Source: Candidatus Caldarchaeales archaeon
Lineage (GTDB): Archaea > Thermoproteota > Nitrososphaeria_A > Caldarchaeales > Calditenuaceae
Direction of reading: 5' to 3'
Length of the DNA stretch: 64,000 bases
Assembly (NCBI GenBank): GCA_039630085.1
Contig: JBCNVM010000001.1
Location: 128,001 to 192,000 of the forward strand
Position 1 is the first letter of the stretch. Each line of letters opens with the position of its first letter. The notes below the pieces were generated by a model. The model saw only the letters and a program-made list of their open reading frames with translations, did no database searches and was not told where the DNA came from. Both the position numbers and the translations under genes were made by a program. Of this stretch, positions 58,232 to 64,000 are shown one piece after another.

Positions 58232-59292
58232 CCTCCCAGCTCTTCGAGCAGCCTCTCGATGTCCTCCGAGGCGCCCTCCGACCCGACCCTCGCGATCGGC
58301 GCCTTTTGCTCCTCCCTGGCCGGCGTCCTGAGCAGTGGCGCGACGGGACCCCTCACGTATGCTCCTCCCGCGAGTATCAGCGAGACGTGGAGCGTCGAGC
58401 CGTACCTCCTGTCGACCCTCGCTCCCCAGATCACCAAGCCCTCCTCGCCCATCAGCTCCGAGACGATCTCTCCAGGCCTCGTGGCGTCCTTCAGCTTCAT
58501 GTCCTCTCCGCCGCTGACGTGGACGATCGCCGCGCTTATTCCGTCGATGGTCCCCTCGAGTAGCGGCGACTGGAGCGCGTTGAAGGTCGCCTCCTCGGCC
58601 CTGTTCGGGGAGCTGCTCTTCCCCAGCCCGATCGTCGCGATCCTCCCCCTGCTCACGACCGCCTTGAAGTCCTCGAAGTCGATGTTGATCAGGCTCGGCT
58701 TGACCAGGGACTCGGAGATGCTGAGGACCATGTTGTGGATCACCTCGTCAGCGACCGCGAAGGCCGAGTTCAGGTCGTACTGCGGATAGAGGTCGAGGAG
58801 CCTGTTGTTGTCGATGATCACGACTGTGTTACAGACCTTCTGGAGCTCGTCGAGCCCCCTCATCGCGACCCTCCTCCTCACCGCGCCCTCGAACCTGAAC
58901 GGCAGCGTCACCACTCCCACCACGATCGAGCCCTGGTCCATCGCGGCCTTCGCCACCAGAGGCGCGGCTCCGGTCCCGGTCCCGCCCCCGAGCCCCGCGG
59001 TCACGAAGACCAAGTCCGCTCCGTCGAGCGCGGCCCTGATCTCGTCGAGGGACTCCTCCGCCGCAAGCCTTCCCATCTCGGGGTTCCCTCCGGTCCCGTG
59101 CCTCCTCGAGACGGTCGGGCCCAGCAGGATCTTCTGGTGCGACTTGATCAGGTCCAAGTGCTGCTTGTCGGTGTTCGCGGCTATGGTATAGACGTCCGAT
59201 ATGCCGACGTCCATCAGCCTGTGTACCGCGTTCGAGCCCGCGCCCCCGACGCCTATCAGCTTGATCCTGATCGCCGACTCGAGCTCACTCAA
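58228..59292 (-). CDS. ftsZ: Cell division protein FtsZ
   Basis: GVGGAGSN, NTD.QHL, GLGGGTGTG, PFRFEG, INIDFEDF. Confidence 0.96.
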   Translation of the reverse strand: MSELESAIRIKLIGVGGAGSNAVHRLMDVGISDVYTIAANTDKQHLDLIKSHQKILLGPTVSRRHGTGGNPEMGRLAAEESLDEIRAALDGADLVFVTAGLGGGTGTGAAPLVAKAAMDQGSIVVGVVTLPFRFEGAVRRRVAMRGLDELQKVCNTVVIIDNNRLLDLYPQYDLNSAFAVADEVIHNMVLSISESLVKPSLINIDFEDFKAVVSRGRIATIGLGKSSSPNRAEEATFNALQSPLLEGTIDGISAAIVHVSGGEDMKLKDATRPGEIVSELMGEEGLVIWGARVDRRYGSTLHVSLILAGGAYVRGPVAPLLRTPAREEQKAPIARVGSEGASEDIERLLEELGG

Positions 59293-59434
59293 CCCCGAAC
59301 TTCGCCTCCGTCCTGATGAAGTCCCTTACCGCCATCCTGATGGCCTCCGCCCTGTTCGGATACCTCTTCGCCTTCACCAGCGCGTCGATCGCGTCAATGT
59401 ACGCCTCCGGCAGGTGAACGGTCACCACGCGCAC
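59285..59434 (-). CDS. cdrS: Ribbon-helix-helix regulator, CdrS-like
   Basis: VVTVHLP...YPNRAEAIRMAVRDFI, overlapping the ftsZ start. Confidence 0.78.
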   Translation of the reverse strand: MRVVTVHLPEAYIDAIDALVKAKRYPNRAEAIRMAVRDFIRTEAKFGVE

Positions 59435-59617
59435 CCTCCCATCACCTCGAGGGGTCGTGTGAAGGTGAATCCGAGAAAAGCGTTTCAACGATCGGCTCAA
59501 ATACGATTAGCGAGCGATTTCCAGTACTTCCGCTCTTCCGTTCCATCTTTTGATAATCCGCTCCCACTTTCGGGCCACATCCTTCTCAGTCCATGAGAAC
59601 GCTGCGAACCGGCCGTT

Positions 59618-60043
59618 ATGGCCAATAGAATTATGACTTCGACGAACGCGCGTTCACCGAGAGTGAGGAGAGCTCGCGGACCTGAACTCGTCGAGTCGGA
59701 GTGGTCGGAGATCCAGGCGCTGGTCGATGAGCTGAACCAGCTCGGAAAGGCCGTGCTCGTCGAGGGGAGGACGGACGCGGAGGCGCTGAGGTCCGCGGGC
59801 GTGAAGTGCGAAGTCCTAACGCTCTCCGAGTTCGATGAGCAGGTCGTCAGGGGAGAATTGAGCGAAGTCGTCGTCCTGACGGACCTCGACCGGGAGGGAG
59901 AGGCTCACCTGAGGAGGCTTACGCGCAGACATGGCGGATCCGTCAAGCTGTTAACGGGCCAGAGGGAGAGATTGAGGAGGACCTTGAGGTACAGGCGCGG
60001 GATGAGGAGCGTCTCCGAGCTCTTCAGGCCTCCAAGGAGCTGA
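59618..60043 (+). CDS. Small TOPRIM-domain protein
   Basis: VLVEGRTD, LTDLDREG. Confidence 0.85.
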   Translation: MANRIMTSTNARSPRVRRARGPELVESEWSEIQALVDELNQLGKAVLVEGRTDAEALRSAGVKCEVLTLSEFDEQVVRGELSEVVVLTDLDREGEAHLRRLTRRHGGSVKLLTGQRERLRRTLRYRRGMRSVSELFRPPRS

Positions 60044-61229
60044 GGAAGGCCTCGGCCGCGCCTCCGACGTCCGGCCTTCTCCCCGTCAGGTCCCCGACCG
60101 CCATCCCGATCGCAGCGATCGTGGGGAGCAGGTACCTCGCCGTCGCGGTGACGCCCATGTGCCCTACCCTGACAGCGCTCCCGTAGGAGCTCCCGAGTCC
60201 GTTGGCCAGCATGATGCCGTACCGCTCGAGCACGACGTCGATCAGCTCCTCCGCCCTTCCCCTCAGGTTATCCGGGAGGACGAGGCTCGTGACCGTGGGC
60301 GCCGCGATGTCCTCGGACTCGGCCATCGGCCTGAGGCCCATCGCGGACGCGGCCCTCCTGAACGCCCTCGAGGCCCTCACGTGTCTCCTCTCCCTCTCCT
60401 CCAGGCCCTCCTCGAGCGCGACCTCCGCGGCCTCGATGAACGCGAGGACCGCGTACGGGTTGATCGTCGTCGAGTACGGATGCCCGTCGGGGCCCCAGAG
60501 GTCGTGGTACCGCTTGAAGACCTTCGGGTTCGCGATCCAGCCCTCGTCGTCGGCGAACCTCTCGAGCGAGTTCCATATCTCCTCCCTGACGTAAAGCGGC
60601 GTCGCGCCGGGAACGCTGTTGAGGCACTTGTTCGGGTGGCCGACGCAGACGTCGATCCCCAAGTCCTCGACTCCGATGGGCAGGGCGCCGTAGGAAGCTA
60701 TCGCGTCGCAGACGAACTGCAAGCCGTGCTCCCTCGCGATCCTCGCGAGCTCCCCGGTGTTGTGGATCACGCCGGTCGCGGTCTCGACGTGGACCGACAG
60801 GAGGCACCTCGCGTCGCGGTTGCGCTTGACCGCGTCCTCGACCTGCTCCGGGGAAGGGACGCCCCCCTCGGGCGCCTCGACCACGACGGCCCTGCCGCCG
60901 ATCGACCTGACCAGCTCCGCCAGCCTGTAGCCCCAGAAGCCGCTCGCGAGCACGACAGCCTTCTCTCCCCTCCTGAGGACCGCCCTCGTCCCGAGCTCAA
61001 GAGCGAGCGACCCGGGCCCCGGCACGATCAACGTCCTCCCCCTTCTCGCGCCGAAGAGCTCCGCGGCCAGCCCGATCGCCCTCTCTATCTTCTCCTTCCA
61101 GACCTCGCCGTAGTGGGGGTAAGACCTCTCGACCGCGGCCCTCCTGACCCTCGGGTGGAGCTCTGTCGGTCCGGGTATTAATAGGACTACATCTGAGCTC
61201 CAGAGGCCTCTCGCCCTGTTCGCGGCCAT
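60024..61229 (-). CDS. Class V aminotransferase (alanine--glyoxylate/serine--pyruvate type)
   Basis: LLIPGPT, VHVETATG, DAIASYG, PNKCL, RVGHMG. Confidence 0.9.
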   Translation of the reverse strand: MAANRARGLWSSDVVLLIPGPTELHPRVRRAAVERSYPHYGEVWKEKIERAIGLAAELFGARRGRTLIVPGPGSLALELGTRAVLRRGEKAVVLASGFWGYRLAELVRSIGGRAVVVEAPEGGVPSPEQVEDAVKRNRDARCLLSVHVETATGVIHNTGELARIAREHGLQFVCDAIASYGALPIGVEDLGIDVCVGHPNKCLNSVPGATPLYVREEIWNSLERFADDEGWIANPKVFKRYHDLWGPDGHPYSTTINPYAVLAFIEAAEVALEEGLEERERRHVRASRAFRRAASAMGLRPMAESEDIAAPTVTSLVLPDNLRGRAEELIDVVLERYGIMLANGLGSSYGSAVRVGHMGVTATARYLLPTIAAIGMAVGDLTGRRPDVGGAAEAFLSSLEA

Positions 61230-61272
61230 CGCTTCCACCGCCTCCTCCGAGCGTTCTCATTAGTGTTGTCTG

Positions 61273-61367
61273 CGGGCCCGCCGGGACTTGAACCCGGGAC
61301 CTCTGGCTCTCCCCACCGATGACCTCTTGCCGAAGGCCAGCGCTCCGTCCTGCTGAGCTACGGGCCC
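61273..61367 (-). tRNA. tRNA-Arg(TCG) with 21-nt intron at 37/38 (61309-61329)
   Basis: GGGCCCG/CGGGCCC acceptor, CTGGC/GCCAG stem, anticodon TCG at 61333-61331, TTCAAGT T loop. Confidence 0.92.
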
Positions 61368-61521
61368 TCCAGACTCTGTCCCCGCGCCGGTACAAATAAC
61401 CGAACCGCCTCGGGCCGCCGAGCTCACCTCGCCCGGGCTCCTCGACGGACGCCGTCCGCCGGTCGCCATCTGATCGCCGTTGCCCGACAAAGATAAATGA
61501 CGGTCCGAGCGTTCTCAACGC

Positions 61522-62916
61522 ATGAGCGGAAGGCAGTCCGGACAGGGCAAGCTGACGCCGCTGACGGCCGTCCTGATCGTTCTGGTCCTCGTCCTGGGAG
61601 GCGCCGCGGGTTACTTCGCGACTACCCAGCCGACCGTCACCAAGACCGAGGTCAGGACCGTGACCGCACCGGGGGCCGCGCAGACCCTGACGGTCCTCTC
61701 GACGGTGACCCGGACCGTTCCGACGACGATCGTCACCACCGCTGTCGTCACTGCGGCTCCGACTCGGATTGAGTACACGATAGGGTTCGCGATGGCGGTG
61801 AGCGGTCCTTACGCGGTCGACGGTCCCGTGCGGAGGGACGGAGGGATCCTCGCGATCGAGCACATCAACTCCTACCTCGAGTCGATAGGCTCGCCGGTGA
61901 GGTTCAAGTTCGTCCACGACGACACGAAGGGCACCGGGGCCGACGCCCTGAAGGTGATCCAGTCGATGTACGCGGCCGGGATCAGGGTGGTCGTGGGACC
62001 CTTCGCGTCCGGCGAAGTCAGGGGGATCATGGACTTCGTCAACACCAACAAGATGGTCGTGATCAGCCCCTCCTCAACCAGTCCACTCCTCGCGGCCTCG
62101 GACTACGTCTTCAGGGTCGTCCCGACCGACCTCTTCCAGGCCGAGGTCCTCGCACAGGTGATGAGCAGGGACGGGATCAAGAAGGTCGCCGTCATCTCGA
62201 GGAACGACGACTACGGCAGGGGCCTCACCGAGGCCTTCGAGAGGGTCTTCACGACCCAGTACGGCGGGACGGTCAGGAAGCTCCTCTACACGGTCGGCCA
62301 GCCCGACTACGCCTCTGAAGTCTCCTCGCTCAGCTCGATCGTCGCGGAGCTTGGCGTGAGTCCCGAGACCGCCGTCCTGATCATCGCCTTCGAGGACGAC
62401 GGCCTCAACATCCTCGGACACGCGAGGCTCGACGCGAGGCTGTCGAGGGTCAGGTGGTACGGCTCCGAGACCCTCAGGAGGCCAGCGGCCTACCTCCCGG
62501 CCCCTGAGGGCAGGGCGTCGCCGGACGTAGCCAAGTTCCTCGCCGACGTGAAGCTCACCGGCGTCTTCGCCTCGCCGAGGGGAGGTCCTCTCGCAGCGAA
62601 GTTCGAGAGCGACTACAGGTCCAAGTTCGGGAGGGAGCCCTCACCGTACGCATACTTCACCTACGACGCCGTCTGGGTCGCAGCGCTCGCGATCCTCTAC
62701 GCGGGGAAGTACGACGCCGACGCAGTCAGGGCGGCGCTCCCGATCGTCGGGGAGAGGTACATGGGCGTGACGGGCTACAAGGCCTTCGACCCGAGCGGGG
62801 ACGCGCTGGGGTCCGACTACACGATATGGCAGTACAGGATGGTCGAGGGCAAGTACAGGTTCGCCGACATCGGGACCTGGAGGTACCCGGCCAGGGTCAT
62901 CGAGTACTTCGGGTAG
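61522..62916 (+). CDS. LivJ/K-type ABC substrate-binding protein with Thr-rich linker
   Basis: SPSSTSP.L, FRVVPTD, NDDYGRG, YFTYDAV. Confidence 0.9.
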   Translation: MSGRQSGQGKLTPLTAVLIVLVLVLGGAAGYFATTQPTVTKTEVRTVTAPGAAQTLTVLSTVTRTVPTTIVTTAVVTAAPTRIEYTIGFAMAVSGPYAVDGPVRRDGGILAIEHINSYLESIGSPVRFKFVHDDTKGTGADALKVIQSMYAAGIRVVVGPFASGEVRGIMDFVNTNKMVVISPSSTSPLLAASDYVFRVVPTDLFQAEVLAQVMSRDGIKKVAVISRNDDYGRGLTEAFERVFTTQYGGTVRKLLYTVGQPDYASEVSSLSSIVAELGVSPETAVLIIAFEDDGLNILGHARLDARLSRVRWYGSETLRRPAAYLPAPEGRASPDVAKFLADVKLTGVFASPRGGPLAAKFESDYRSKFGREPSPYAYFTYDAVWVAALAILYAGKYDADAVRAALPIVGERYMGVTGYKAFDPSGDALGSDYTIWQYRMVEGKYRFADIGTWRYPARVIEYFG

Positions 62917-62921
62917 GGCCT

Positions 62922-63683
62922 TTGAGCCTTGAGGTAAGGGACCTCACCAAGCGGTTCGGCGGGCTGGTTGCCGTAAACCGCGTCTCTTTTTCCGTCGATA
63001 GGGGGGAGCTAGTCGGACTTATCGGCCCCAACGGATCGGGGAAGACCACGCTCTTCAACCTGATCGCCGGGGTTCTGAAGCCCGACGAGGGCGAGATAAT
63101 CTTCGAGGGCGAGAGGATCGACGGCCTAAGGCCCGACGAGGTCTTCAGGAAGGGTGTAATCAGGAGCTTCCAGATCCCAAGGACGTTCTGGCACGTGACC
63201 GTCGCGGAGAACCTCGCCCTTCCAGCTCACCCCCAAGTGGGCGAGAGGCCTCACGCCGCTCCCTTCAGGAGGCTCTGGAGGCGCCAGGAGTTGGAGGTCG
63301 CCCGGAGGGTCTCTGAGGTCGCCGAGTTCCTCAAGCTCGACGCCGTCCACAGGAACTGGGGCTCGGAGATCTCGGGAGGCCAGATGAAGCTCACCGAAAT
63401 AGGCAGGTCCATGATGTCCGGAGGGAAGCTGGTCCTCCTCGACGAGCCAGCGGCCGGCGTTGCGGTCCCGCTCGCTCACGAGATCTTCAGGCACATTCAG
63501 GCGATCAACAGGTCCTCGTTAACTACCTTCATTATAATAGAACACAAGCTGGACGTTCTGCTGGAATACGTGCGGAGGGTCTTAGTTATGCACGAAGGTC
63601 GCATAATATACGACGGGGATCCGACGGGAGCGGTCAGGGACAGGAGGGTGGTGGAGGCCTACCTCGGCACGGAGGCGAGCTGA
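62922..63683 (+). CDS. livG: Branched-chain amino acid ABC transporter ATPase
   Basis: FGGLVAV, GPNGSGKTT, DEPAAG, IIEH; TTG at 62922. Confidence 0.9.
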   Translation: MSLEVRDLTKRFGGLVAVNRVSFSVDRGELVGLIGPNGSGKTTLFNLIAGVLKPDEGEIIFEGERIDGLRPDEVFRKGVIRSFQIPRTFWHVTVAENLALPAHPQVGERPHAAPFRRLWRRQELEVARRVSEVAEFLKLDAVHRNWGSEISGGQMKLTEIGRSMMSGGKLVLLDEPAAGVAVPLAHEIFRHIQAINRSSLTTFIIIEHKLDVLLEYVRRVLVMHEGRIIYDGDPTGAVRDRRVVEAYLGTEAS

Positions 63684-63686
63684 GGG

Positions 63687-64000
63687 TTGCTGGAGCTTAG
63701 GAGCGTCACGGCGGGCTACGGCAGGCTTCCGATCGTAACCGAGGTGGACGTCTCCGTGAAGGAGGGCGAGACGGTGGCGATCATAGGCCCCAACGGCTCC
63801 GGGAAGAGCACGCTCGCCAAGACCGTGGTCGGCCTCACCAACGTCTTCGGGGGGTCGGTAGTCTTCGACGGGCAGGACATAACGCGCCGCCCGCCCTCCG
63901 AGAGGGTCAGGATGGGGATCGCCTACCTCCCTCAGACCAACAACGTCTTCCCGGACATGACTGTCCTCGAGAACCTCGAGATGGGAGGGTACGCGCTGTC
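63687..64000 (+). CDS. livF: Branched-chain amino acid ABC transporter ATPase (runs off window end)
   Basis: LELRSVTAGYG, GPNGSGKST, YLPQTNNVF. Confidence 0.88.
   Translation, partial: MLELRSVTAGYGRLPIVTEVDVSVKEGETVAIIGPNGSGKSTLAKTVVGLTNVFGGSVVFDGQDITRRPPSERVRMGIAYLPQTNNVFPDMTVLENLEMGGYAL

Overview
A gene-dense, high-GC window (roughly two-thirds G+C) of an archaeal chromosome. BHB-intron tRNAs, rpS8e, SRP19, Gar1, Rpp21, aEF-1beta, Sec61beta, lysWX, an Snf7/ESCRT-III protein and cdrS-ftsZ together suggest a TACK archaeon, probably Aigarchaeota/Caldarchaeales (inference). Most of the window is housekeeping, metabolic and ABC transport genes. The notable parts are: (1) an isolated three-gene viral tail-tip module (baseplate hub, putative receptor-binding protein, near-stand-alone S74 chaperone) with a low-GC internal cassette; (2) directly after it, a duplicated promoter+leader+5' half of tRNA-Ser(GCT), where the complete copy carries an atypical 5' half (A8, C21); (3) an orphan one-spacer CRISPR array with a self-complementary spacer; (4) a Tat-exported flavoprotein paired with a DOMON-heme/cytochrome b fusion; (5) metG without a canonical in-frame start codon; (6) a 4xCBS+HPF-like hibernation-factor candidate; (7) an internally deleted ATPase pseudogene with a double-palindrome operator; (8) short AT-rich patches inside GC-rich genes. 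All product calls come from motif recognition by eye; no database searches were run.
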